Positions 1 to 9,017 of a stretch of DNA of 64,000 nt are shown one piece after another. The notes below the pieces were generated by a model. The model did no database searches, was not told where the DNA came from, and saw only the letters and a program-made list of their open reading frames with translations. The stretch's first letter is position 1. Each line of letters begins with the position of its first letter. The stretch comes from an uncultured Pseudobdellovibrionaceae bacterium (GTDB lineage: Bacteria > Bdellovibrionota > Bdellovibrionia > Bdellovibrionales > UBA1609), in the NCBI GenBank assembly GCA_963803705.1, contig CAWDNU010000002.1, positions 177,980 to 241,979 on the forward strand, given 5' to 3'. The position numbers and the translations under genes are program-made.

Positions 1-1
1 T

Positions 2-286
2 GCTCTTAATAGCATCGGGAAAACCTTTAAGCCCGTCCACACAAGCTATTAGAATGTCATTAACGCCACGGATTTGAAGATCTGTTAAAACCGATAGCCA
101 AAAGGTTGAAGATTCGTTTTCACCAATGTAAATGCCTGAAAGGTCCTTCATGCCATTGTTGTCGATAGCAACACAAGTGTAAGCCGCTTTGCTTTTAAAC
201 TTACCATCAACTTCGACCTTAAAATGTATAGCATCAAAAAAGACGATAGGATAAATGGCCTCTAAGGGTCTGGATTGTAATAGCAA
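2..286 (-). mobile_element. IS256-family transposase fragment (5'-truncated, runs off the window edge)
   Basis: Manual minus-strand translation: LQSRPLEAIYPIVFFDAIHFKV...KAAYTCVAIDNNGMKDLSGIYIGENESSTFWLSVLTDLQIRGVNDILIACVDGLKGFPDAIKS, matching the IS256 DDE region. An in-frame TAA lies just upstream, so the N-terminal half is missing. Confidence 0.9.
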
Positions 287-453
287 TACAATTTACCTTC
301 TTGCATCATAAACGCATGGCCTTTATCTAAAAGGATTGGTATTGATATTTTTTCTCTCGTTTACATATTTATCTTTATATTATAAAATTTAATGATCTGG
401 TTCTTTATAGATAGTAAGTTTTTGCTGTTGGTTCTAAGAATTATAATATCGTT

Positions 454-1353
454 ATGTCAAAAGCCAGTATCTATATGATTTTTGCGACAATATTTTTTGT
501 TGGCGCGCACTCGTGTATCAAATTTCTAAAGCACTTACCGTTACACGAAGTGATATTTGCCCGACTTATTTTTTCTTTTATTTTATGTCTGGTATATTTC
601 AAATATAAGAAAATAAACGCACTGAAAGAAATGACACTTCCTCTTTTCTGGCGTGGCTTTTTCGGTGCTACAGCAATGGTTTTGTTCTTCTACACATTAC
701 AGGTCTTACCACTAGCAACAGCGATCACGCTGAATTATTTGACTCCGTTATTTGCCCTGACAGCAGCTATTTTTGTTTTAAATGAACATCCAAGTTCTAA
801 AGTTTGGCTCTGTGTGGCTCTAGCTTTTATCGGAGTGCTTCTAACCAAAGGCTTCGATGACTCTGTGCCATGGCCTGCTTTTGTGGCAGCCATTGTAGCA
901 TCAATGTTGGCAGGCCTTGCTTACACATTTGTAAGAAAAGCAGGCCAAAGATCAAATCCCTTCCTAGTTATTTTTGCGCTTCCTCTTGTAGGGGTAGTGC
1001 CTTCTGCTTTAGCTTTTTGGAGTTTCGACTATGTTAAGCCCTCTAATGAAGACCTGATGATTTTATTGTTGATGGCAACATTAGTTTTTATTGCTCAGTA
1101 TTTTATGACAAGAGCTTACACTATTGGAAAGATGTCCCAGGTATCAATAATCACCTATTTAACTATCGTGTGGTCTATATTAGTAGGTTATTTCGTGTTC
1201 AGTGAATCTATCGCAGGAAGTAAACTAATAGGGGTGCTGTTTATTGCTGGCGCATTAGTTTTAAATGAGTTTTTTGTTTTCAAAGCTAAAAAGCTTGAAG
1301 CCCAGAAGACAATGATAAGACCACAATGCTTGGGCAGAAAGCAGATGAATTAG
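454..1353 (+). CDS. DMT/EamA-family transporter
   Basis: About 10 TM helices in two EamA repeats (PLATAITLNYLTPLF...LNE; VGYFVFSE). Confidence 0.85.
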   Translation: MSKASIYMIFATIFFVGAHSCIKFLKHLPLHEVIFARLIFSFILCLVYFKYKKINALKEMTLPLFWRGFFGATAMVLFFYTLQVLPLATAITLNYLTPLFALTAAIFVLNEHPSSKVWLCVALAFIGVLLTKGFDDSVPWPAFVAAIVASMLAGLAYTFVRKAGQRSNPFLVIFALPLVGVVPSALAFWSFDYVKPSNEDLMILLLMATLVFIAQYFMTRAYTIGKMSQVSIITYLTIVWSILVGYFVFSESIAGSKLIGVLFIAGALVLNEFFVFKAKKLEAQKTMIRPQCLGRKQMN

Positions 1354-2163
1354 CTGCATGTATATTGGTGCAAGCAGAAGCAAGTTAGTGAGTCCAATAC
1401 CTAAGGTTAAGTAGGATATGATTAAATACAGGGAAATAGATCTGACTCTTCTAAAATCATAACTCATCCAAGTTATAACAAATACCGTGGCTATTGCGAA
1501 AACAGGATGTAAAATTCGCAGTTTTAAAATCCAAGGCGAATTTAAAGCAAAGTCTTGGTAGACACCATGATGTAAAGAATCAGAAGGGTATAGTGTGTCT
1601 CCTAAAGCTGTAAGCGCCCCTAAGGCAGCTATAACAACCAATCCGAACGTACATAAAGCAAATAATGAGCGACTTAAGTGCAGGAGGCTTGAAGGCTTTC
1701 TTTTTTCTTTAAAGTAGTGGATCACGCCTACAATGCATCCCACAAGCACAAATGTATTTACCAAGTGGACAATCATGGTAAAGGCTCGTCCCCAAGAATC
1801 ATTTGATCCTACTAAACCGGATAACACTAGCTTTGCGCCAATTAGGGCTTCAAAAAGGGTCAAAATTAATACCAGTAAGGGCAAAGCCAAGATCCTTTTA
1901 GGTAAACCCTCTTTCTTTAAATGTACCAAGGTGAAAATGACTAAAGTAAACACAAAAATGCCGTACAACCCCGAAGTTGCTCTATGAATATATTCAATTA
2001 ACGTCTGAATCGAAGAATTTGTAGGGATCAACTGCCCATGACAAGTAGGCCAGTTTTTTCCACAGCCATCACCGGAACCGGACGCTCTGACAAATGCGCC
2101 CCAGATGACTATAAACCAAGTGTAATAAAGCAGGGCAGACCACCACTTTTCAAATTTGGACAT
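1261..2163 (-). CDS. ctaA: Heme A synthase (COX15/CtaA)
   Basis: GAFVRASGSGDGCGKNWPTCHG, IEYIHR, conserved His residues in TM helices. Confidence 0.85.
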   Translation of the reverse strand: MSKFEKWWSALLYYTWFIVIWGAFVRASGSGDGCGKNWPTCHGQLIPTNSSIQTLIEYIHRATSGLYGIFVFTLVIFTLVHLKKEGLPKRILALPLLVLILTLFEALIGAKLVLSGLVGSNDSWGRAFTMIVHLVNTFVLVGCIVGVIHYFKEKRKPSSLLHLSRSLFALCTFGLVVIAALGALTALGDTLYPSDSLHHGVYQDFALNSPWILKLRILHPVFAIATVFVITWMSYDFRRVRSISLYLIISYLTLGIGLTNLLLLAPIYMQLIHLLSAQALWSYHCLLGFKLFSFENKKLI

Positions 2164-2319
2164 GGTTAGAAACTAGACTTAAAGGTCAATATATCAAAGC
2201 AGATTCGATAGATGAGAATATAATGCGAAGTTTCATAAAGATTCTACAAAATTTTGTATCTAAAGAACGAATTAGGGTAGGATATTTATGTTGTTCACAT
2301 TTTAAAGGAGAAAACAGCT

Positions 2320-3054
2320 ATGAGAATAATTTTAGCAACGCTTGTGTTAGCACTATTTGCTACAGGATGTAATAAAGGGGGCGTTGGAGCTTCGGCAATT
2401 AAGTTAGATGACGAAAAAGTGATCTACTCGCTTGGAAAAAACTTCGGAGATCGAGTGAAAGCATACGATTTATCCGAAAAAGAGCAAAAAATTCTTGTTA
2501 CTGGAATTATGGACTCTCTTAAAAATAAAGAGACTAAAGCTGAAGTTTCTAACTTTGGAATGGAAATAGCTAAGTTTGCAGACAAAAGATCTAAAGCAAT
2601 TGCAGAAAAAGAAAAAGAAGATGCCAAGTCTTATTTAGAAAAAATGCAGAAAGAAGACGGTGCTGAGGTTTTAAAATCAGGGATTGTATTTTTGTCTGTT
2701 AAAGAAGGCGAAGGTGTTACACCCAAAGAGACCGACACTGTGAAAGTAAACTATCACGGTACATTAAGAAACGGTGACGTTTTCGACAGCTCGACTGAAA
2801 AAATAGCTGGATCTCCGCGTGAACCAGAACCGGCAACGTTTCCACTAAATCGTGTGATTCCGTGCTGGACCGAAGCCGTTCAAAAAATTAAGGTTGGTGG
2901 TAAAGCGAAAATCACTTGTCCTTCTGAAACTGCTTACGGCGACAGAGGTGCTCCGCCTAAGATTAAGCCAGGTGCTCCGCTTACATTTGATGTCGAACTG
3001 CTTGAAATTGTTAAAGAGACTTCAACAGATAATAAAAAGAAAAAAGCTAATTAA
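2320..3054 (+). CDS. FKBP-type peptidyl-prolyl isomerase (FkpA/Mip-like lipoprotein)
   Basis: Lipobox ATGC, YSLG N-domain, VKVNYHGTL..G.VFDSS, VIPCWTEA, AYGDRG, LTFDVELL. Confidence 0.92.
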   Translation: MRIILATLVLALFATGCNKGGVGASAIKLDDEKVIYSLGKNFGDRVKAYDLSEKEQKILVTGIMDSLKNKETKAEVSNFGMEIAKFADKRSKAIAEKEKEDAKSYLEKMQKEDGAEVLKSGIVFLSVKEGEGVTPKETDTVKVNYHGTLRNGDVFDSSTEKIAGSPREPEPATFPLNRVIPCWTEAVQKIKVGGKAKITCPSETAYGDRGAPPKIKPGAPLTFDVELLEIVKETSTDNKKKKAN

Positions 3055-3078
3055 TAAAAAGAAATTTAATTAGATATT

Positions 3079-3114
3079 AAAAAAGCGCACCCCATTTCGG
3101 TGCGCTTTATTTTT
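3079..3114. terminator. Bidirectional intrinsic terminator
   Basis: AAAGCGCACC-N7-GGTGCGCTTT with A and T tails, between convergent genes. Confidence 0.8.
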
Positions 3115-3175
3115 ATCTAGAAACCGTCACTGCATCCACAACTGTAGATTCTAGCATGCAGACATTAACCTACTT

Positions 3176-3739
3176 TTAAAAAGCAAGACCAATTCTAAAA
3201 TCACCAGTCGGATTTATTCCTTCAAGATCTTCGATGTCAGATCTGTCTTGGGCGGAAAGGGTGCTATTAGTGACTTCTATCTTTGTGCTTTGAGCACCTA
3301 AACCGAGCTGTATATTAAAATTGTCCCATCTCCAGAAATAGCCAACTGTTAAGCCCAAAGAGTTGACCTTTAAGTCCGCAAACTCTGCAGTGTTTGTGTC
3401 TTTAACATCACCCTTAACAAAATCACCAAAACCGGTGAAATACCAACCATCATTAAAAACCTCGCTCATAAAATACTGAGCTCTTAGACTAAAGCCTTTC
3501 GCGTCAGCATCAATGTTGTCATCAAATTCTTGGTCGGAAAGATCAATGATATTGTAACTGCCACCTAAAGTTAAATTTCTAGTCACAGCCAAATCAGCGC
3601 CCAAAGAGTAGACACCCAACAGCCATGTGATTGGATTTGTGTGAATATTTAATCGCTTATTGTTGCCTGAATTTTGAGCTACAGCCAGATTTGCAATCAG
3701 TAGACTTGTTAAAACAATCATGCATTTTTTTAAATTCAT
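3176..3739 (-). CDS. Outer-membrane beta-barrel protein (DUF3575-like)
   Basis: Signal peptide, amphipathic beta-strands, C-terminal ...FRIGLAF. Confidence 0.7.
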   Translation of the reverse strand: MNLKKCMIVLTSLLIANLAVAQNSGNNKRLNIHTNPITWLLGVYSLGADLAVTRNLTLGGSYNIIDLSDQEFDDNIDADAKGFSLRAQYFMSEVFNDGWYFTGFGDFVKGDVKDTNTAEFADLKVNSLGLTVGYFWRWDNFNIQLGLGAQSTKIEVTNSTLSAQDRSDIEDLEGINPTGDFRIGLAF

Positions 3740-3811
3740 AGATTCTCCTTAATTTTTAAAGTTTAAGGTAGCTTAAATAAATCTTGTCATCACCTTATTT
3801 CAAAAATGACC

Positions 3812-4426
3812 TTAGGGGTAAAGTTGTTTAATATCCCAAAGATCTTTAGAAGACTGCTTATAAGTAAATCTTTGGTGCAAACGGCATTCACCTTCTTGCC
3901 AAAATTCAAAATTTTCAGCCGTGAAATCAAATCCACCCCAGTTTTCAGGCCGAGGAACGCTCTTATTTTTGAATTGATTTTCTAAAGATTCTATCCGTTC
4001 TAAATATTTTTCAAAGTCTTTTAAAGTGTGACTCTGGTCAGACGATAAGGCGTGTATCTGGCTTTCGAAGGGGCGGCTAGACCAGTAAGCATCACTTTCA
4101 TCTGCAGATGACTTATCAGCTTGACCAGTGATACGAATTTGCCGACCGATATCTTTCCAGTAGAATAAAAGACAAGCTTTTGGATTATTTAAAAGCTGGT
4201 TCCCCTTGTCGCTATTGTAGTTAGTGTAAAATTGGAAAATGGGTGGTTTAAATCCACGAAACAGAACATACCTGGATCTGGGGTAGCCCTTTTTATCAAT
4301 AGTTGATAAACACATAGCTTCCGGATACAGCGGAACATGTTTTTTTGCATCTTCATACCATAAATTAAACTGGCTGAATGGGTTTAAATCTAAATCACTT
4401 TTTTTAAGATTTTGAAATCGTTTCAT
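3812..4426 (-). CDS. pdxH: Pyridoxamine 5'-phosphate oxidase
   Basis: FYTNYNSDKG, RQIRITG, YWSSRP, PRPENWGG, FEFWQ...RLHQR. Confidence 0.95.
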   Translation of the reverse strand: MKRFQNLKKSDLDLNPFSQFNLWYEDAKKHVPLYPEAMCLSTIDKKGYPRSRYVLFRGFKPPIFQFYTNYNSDKGNQLLNNPKACLLFYWKDIGRQIRITGQADKSSADESDAYWSSRPFESQIHALSSDQSHTLKDFEKYLERIESLENQFKNKSVPRPENWGGFDFTAENFEFWQEGECRLHQRFTYKQSSKDLWDIKQLYP

Positions 4427-4435
4427 CAGGCCTAT

Positions 4436-4702
4436 TTAGATTTTATCTTCAATTTGATTTACTTTATGATCAATATAGAATCGAACCTCTTCTGGAGTTC
4501 TTAGATTGTCATCGAATACAACGTAGTGTTTCAAGTCTTTTAAAATTTCGAAGCAGTCACTGTTGTCCAAAAAGTGTGGCGCCAATCGCATGATATAGTT
4601 ACCGCACTTTCTTTTAAAGTCCCCAAAATCAGGATCAAACACACGATCCAGATTACTTTTAAAATCTTCTATGGCTTGTCTTTTTTTTATTTGTGTTTCC
4701 AT
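4436..4702 (-). CDS. Small hypothetical protein
   Basis: 88-aa ORF with AAGGA RBS, packed in an operon between nfuA and pdxH. Confidence 0.6.
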   Translation of the reverse strand: METQIKKRQAIEDFKSNLDRVFDPDFGDFKRKCGNYIMRLAPHFLDNSDCFEILKDLKHYVVFDDNLRTPEEVRFYIDHKVNQIEDKI

Positions 4703-4732
4703 CTGGTAAATGTCCTTAAGTATCTATAGGGC

Positions 4733-5341
4733 CTAGTTGTAGTAAGGGTTAACGCCTTCGGTGTGCAAAGTAACATCGTTAATATTCTTAACATCTGGAA
4801 ATTCTTTTTTTATAGCCACTTCAATCCCGTCACGCATTGTCTGAGCGGCCATCCCACAACCTTGGCAACCACCTTGCATTTCTAGATATAAAGTCCCTTT
4901 TTGATAATCAATCAGTTGAACCCGCCCACCATGGTCGGCTAACTGCGGATTAATTTGGGCTTCAATAAATTCGGCCATAGGCTTTGCCTCTTCAGGTAAA
5001 ACAATTTTTTCTTTTACAGGTTCAGCCTTTGGTTCTTGATTTTCTTCTAAAGTATCAGAGTCTTCGTAGAAGCTAAAGTGATGTTCAATCATATCGTTTA
5101 ATGGTTCAGCTAACATAGACCACTCTACCCAGTCTTCTTTTTGTATAATTAAAGACTTAGGTTTAATTTCAACACTAGAAACCCAGGGGAAGCCAAAAAT
5201 TTTTGAAGCCAGCGGGGACCACTGGGCCTCTGTGCTACTGGTGTAAAACTTTTCAGTTTTCGAAATGTCACCACTTAACTGAAAGGTTAAAAATGCATCG
5301 GAAAGTTTTTTGTCGTCAAAGCTTGATTCTATTCTTTTCAT
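4733..5341 (-). CDS. nfuA: NifU/Nfu-family Fe-S cluster carrier (Nfu_N + NifU-C)
   Basis: SPLASKIFGFPWV N-domain; INPQLADHGG...MQGGCQGC motif; HTEGVNPYY tail. Confidence 0.85.
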   Translation of the reverse strand: MKRIESSFDDKKLSDAFLTFQLSGDISKTEKFYTSSTEAQWSPLASKIFGFPWVSSVEIKPKSLIIQKEDWVEWSMLAEPLNDMIEHHFSFYEDSDTLEENQEPKAEPVKEKIVLPEEAKPMAEFIEAQINPQLADHGGRVQLIDYQKGTLYLEMQGGCQGCGMAAQTMRDGIEVAIKKEFPDVKNINDVTLHTEGVNPYYN

Positions 5342-5368
5342 AATTTATATCACTACCATCTTTTTTTA

Positions 5369-7021
5369 TCACATGAAAGTATAGTTTGGTCCACTTCCAC
5401 CTTCTCTGGGTTCCCAGCGGGGACCTAAAACATCGGTGGCCTTACAATCCACACAGTTAGGGACATTAACCACCAACTTATCACCTTGCCGCTCGTATAC
5501 GCCAGCAGGACACATGCTTGCGTAAAAGTCTGCCAGTTCAGCGGAAATATCTTGGCCCACCATAAGGTGTGGTGGAATATCATCCCTGGTTTTATTGCCA
5601 GAAAGGTACACGCCATCAACTTTTTTCAAACCCGGGTAATCGATGGGGGTGACCGCCAGTTTACTGGTTTCAGCGTCCTCATGGTCATGAGCCTTCTGAG
5701 GAGGAAAAGCACAATTTGTAATTGTCATTAAAGCGGCTTTAAAAGATGCCAGCCAGAAATTACTATTCATGAAGGCCTGTCTAATGTTTCTAACTTTTTT
5801 AAGATCTGAATAGATAAAGCTTTGCTTAAAAGCATTGTCATAACTAGACAAGCTCTGCTGTGTAAAATCATTATTTTTTATAGCTGTTGTGATTGTATCT
5901 GCTGCTAAGAGACCACTTTTCATAGCATAGTGAATGCCTTTTAGTGCAGGGACATTGACCATACCAGCTGCATCTCCACAGATCATCAGGCCATCGCCTG
6001 AAAGTTTCTGCGGTAACGAATGAAAACCACCTTCAGGAATCGTTTTTGCGCCCCACTCTACCAGTTCGCCACCTTCAATAATTGATTTAACTAAAGGGTG
6101 GTTTTTTAAGTTCTGCAGCTCACCATGGACATCAAGATTGGATTTTTTATAATCCAGGCCTGCCACTAAACCCAACGAAACCATATCATCGCCCATTGGG
6201 TAAATCCAACTTCCACCAAAAGTGTCCCTAGCTAAGGGCCAACCTAAAGTGTGTATAACGTCATTAAAAGGTTTTTTAATCTTCCAAACCTCTTTGACTC
6301 CTAGGGCATAAATCTGTGGAGCTTTTGACGAAGTGTTTGTCCAATCTAAATAGCTTTGGGTGATGGGCCCACGGGTGCCTTCACAAAGAACTGTGACTGA
6401 GGCCAATATGTCCGTAGGGGGCATGTACTGAGCGCCTTCGGAATTGTCTTTATTTAAACCAGCAGCAGAAGTTCGAACTCCAATCACTTTTTTGTCTTTA
6501 ACTAATAAGGCCTTTGCTGGAAAACTGGTGAAAACATTGATCCCTAATTCTTCAGCTTTTTCGCCTAGCCACCTAACGACTTCACACAAAGAAGCTGCAT
6601 AATTGCCATGGTTTTTCATCGTTGGAGGTGTAGGCATTCTGACTTTACCTGTAGACGTCAAAAAATATACTTTTTCTGAATTTACTTTGCCTTTAAACGG
6701 AAAATCTTTTTCGCTTAAGTCCGGAAAAAGTTCTTTTAAAGCCACCGGATTAATCACAGAGCCCGACAAAGTATGTCCACCTAAGCTTTGGGCCTTTTCT
6801 AAAACACCAATTTCTACATCAGGGAAGCTGGGGTCTTTCTCTTTAGCTTTTTTTACATTCAAAGCTAAACGGATGGCCCCGCATAAACCCGCAGACCCAC
6901 CACCCACAAAAAGCACGTCCATAGGCACAGACTCGTCTTCATTAATTGTTGGATTTTCAATAATAAAATCTGACAGGGGAAGTGTAGGCTGATGTTTTAA
7001 GGGAATAAATGATTGTGACAA
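5369..7021 (-). CDS. Electron transfer flavoprotein-ubiquinone oxidoreductase
   Basis: DVLFVGGGSAGL FAD motif, GGHTLSG, EWGAKTIPEGG, KGIHYAMKSG, CPAGVY...NCVDCK, EGGSGPNY. Confidence 0.93.
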   Translation of the reverse strand: MSQSFIPLKHQPTLPLSDFIIENPTINEDESVPMDVLFVGGGSAGLCGAIRLALNVKKAKEKDPSFPDVEIGVLEKAQSLGGHTLSGSVINPVALKELFPDLSEKDFPFKGKVNSEKVYFLTSTGKVRMPTPPTMKNHGNYAASLCEVVRWLGEKAEELGINVFTSFPAKALLVKDKKVIGVRTSAAGLNKDNSEGAQYMPPTDILASVTVLCEGTRGPITQSYLDWTNTSSKAPQIYALGVKEVWKIKKPFNDVIHTLGWPLARDTFGGSWIYPMGDDMVSLGLVAGLDYKKSNLDVHGELQNLKNHPLVKSIIEGGELVEWGAKTIPEGGFHSLPQKLSGDGLMICGDAAGMVNVPALKGIHYAMKSGLLAADTITTAIKNNDFTQQSLSSYDNAFKQSFIYSDLKKVRNIRQAFMNSNFWLASFKAALMTITNCAFPPQKAHDHEDAETSKLAVTPIDYPGLKKVDGVYLSGNKTRDDIPPHLMVGQDISAELADFYASMCPAGVYERQGDKLVVNVPNCVDCKATDVLGPRWEPREGGSGPNYTFM

Positions 7022-7231
7022 ATTAGTCTCCTTGAATCCGTTTAAAAAACTTTGAATATTCTAAGTCTAACCTTGGGGTATAAGCAATCCTAGTTACACT
7101 TTAGTGGTTGGCGATAGCCTAAAATGCCTAAAAATTCTTCCTGAGTGGTCTCATGCCGGGAAAGATTGAGAACCACTTACATTTCTAGATGGGTCCAATT
7201 ATCTAAGCAATAGGTTGGAACTTTGTATCCA

Positions 7232-7705
7232 CTAGAACAATATGAGCGCGTCTAGAGGGCTAAATTTGACTATCATTAATATAAGTGTTCTGAGACCCGG
7301 GATCCTACAGAGCTTCAGTATGGGAAATGCCAGTATACTATTAGTGAAGACAATGAGTCGAATGGGATTGAACCAGTTTAGGGCATTGTTAGAGCAACAA
7401 GTCCTGATAATAAGACATATTCTAAGGTTGAAAATGTTGTCTTCAATGACAAAATAGCTTCTGGAAGCGATTCCATCGAAACTTGCGATGTTGTGATGGC
7501 ACCCGACAGCGATAGTCCAACGGGCTATAACTACTTTATGTAATTTAGCGCCAGCGGTAGTGCTGACGGTGAAGATCCAAAACATAAAATAGGTTTAGCA
7601 TTTTCAAATGATGGCGTTCATTTTGAATCTCTAAGCCCATCAGAGTTTAAAGAGCCGAGGAAGCTCTTAACCACGACTTCCAAACGAGTTCAGGCTTTCG
7701 AGTGA
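7232..7705 (+). pseudogene. Degraded five-bladed beta-propeller glycosidase-like gene (GH32/43/130-like motifs)
   Basis: Frame starting at 7232 reads GIVRATSPDNKTY...YNYFM*FSASG...HKIGLAFSNDGVHFE, with in-frame stops at 7253, 7277, 7379 and 7541. Confidence 0.6.
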
Positions 7706-7757
7706 AAGGCTGGTACTCAATATTTTCAGTGAATGGTCTTGATTGGACTACAGCTAA

Positions 7758-8870
7758 TCATTTAAATTCTGTTGGAACTTCAGTTTCGATCTGAAGCTCT
7801 TTTTGATAAGCGGGGTGTTTAAAGTTTAGTTTCCAAGCATGCAACATAAGGCGCTTTGCAGATGAATTAGGATTATAGAATACGTCTCCTAATATAGGGT
7901 AACCAATTGCTTTTAAATGAACACGCAATTGGTGGCTTCTTCCAGTTTTTGGTAAACACTCTAGTAAAAAATTTGATTTTAAATCTTTCATAATTCTAAA
8001 GTCCGTTTCAGATTTGAGACCTTCCTTAGAATCCATCTCAAAATAAAAAGAGTGTTGAGCTTGAGGGCTTTTTTTTATGAAGCCAGCAACACTAAATTTT
8101 AAAAAATCACCAAGAATATTAAAATTTTCGTCCTTTGAGGCTGGCAAATTGGTACCAGCATTGTCCGCTAATTCACTAAATCTAAAATTGATTGAAGTGT
8201 TGTCAGGGCATTTAGTGATTATAGGTTTTACTTTTATTGAGTGTGGATCAATCTCTTTGTTTACTATAGCCAAGTAAGTTTTTTTTATTTTCTTCTTTTC
8301 AAAAAGTGCTGTTAAATTTTTATTAGCGGAAAGTTTCTTGGAAAAAAGAAGTAGACCCGAAGTGTCTTTATCTAATCGGTGCATTAAGTTTAGATAAGGC
8401 GCTTTTAACCCCTTGTTCTTCTTTAGATAAAAACTCATAAGTTGGGAAAGTGCGTGGTCCTCAAACATGTTTAATGTAGATTGTGAAGGCAGGCCCGAGG
8501 GCTTATTAACCACAACTATATATTCATCTTCATATACAATATCATTTTGACCCAAAGCTTTTTTTATTTCTAATTTCTGATTCTTATTTTTAAATAAATT
8601 TTCTGGCAGAGCTACAATAAATTTACATTTACCATGAGCCGTAAAAGGTAAATGGGGAACTTTTTTCTGATTGTAAAAGATCAAACCTTGCCTTACCAAC
8701 TGCGAGATATCTTCCGAATTTAACTGCAACTTAGGTTTGATTCCGAATTTAAGCCCCCTAGCTATTGGATTATCGCCTTCTGATCTGCCCTGAAACCAAA
8801 GCTCTAAAAAATTAGATATGCACTGATTTTTATGCTGGTGAGGGTGAGCTGAAATTTGAAGGACTAACAT
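7758..8870 (-). CDS. RluA-family pseudouridine synthase
   Basis: VVNKPSGL, HRLDKDTSG, KTYLA, TGRSHQLRVH, PILGD..Y, LMLHA. Confidence 0.93.
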   Translation of the reverse strand: MLVLQISAHPHQHKNQCISNFLELWFQGRSEGDNPIARGLKFGIKPKLQLNSEDISQLVRQGLIFYNQKKVPHLPFTAHGKCKFIVALPENLFKNKNQKLEIKKALGQNDIVYEDEYIVVVNKPSGLPSQSTLNMFEDHALSQLMSFYLKKNKGLKAPYLNLMHRLDKDTSGLLLFSKKLSANKNLTALFEKKKIKKTYLAIVNKEIDPHSIKVKPIITKCPDNTSINFRFSELADNAGTNLPASKDENFNILGDFLKFSVAGFIKKSPQAQHSFYFEMDSKEGLKSETDFRIMKDLKSNFLLECLPKTGRSHQLRVHLKAIGYPILGDVFYNPNSSAKRLMLHAWKLNFKHPAYQKELQIETEVPTEFK

Positions 8871-8885
8871 AGGCTTTTTGTCTCA

Positions 8886-8998
8886 GTGTCAATTTGTAGA
8901 GTCATTGTGTGGTGTCATCGTATAGTGTTATTGTGTAGATTCATTGTGTAGTGTCATTGTGTAGTGTCATTGTGTAGTGTCATTGTACAGTGTCACTG
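8886..8998. repeat. Tandem 13-bp repeat (consensus GTGTCATTGTGTA), about 8.7 copies
   Basis: Units start at 8886, 8899, 8912, 8925, 8938, 8951, 8964, 8977 and 8990. Confidence 0.95.
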
Positions 8999-9017
8999 GG
9001 TTTTGTATAAAATTTCT

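Noticed and set aside
1261..1353. 93-bp convergent overlap of the DMT and ctaA genes as antisense regulation
   Set aside because: Most simply a stop-codon shift extending the DMT tail; no other support
8886..8998. CRISPR array, or a coding N-terminus for the 8964 ORF
   Set aside because: The units are contiguous with no spacers; family similarity of the reductase starts at ATG 9018
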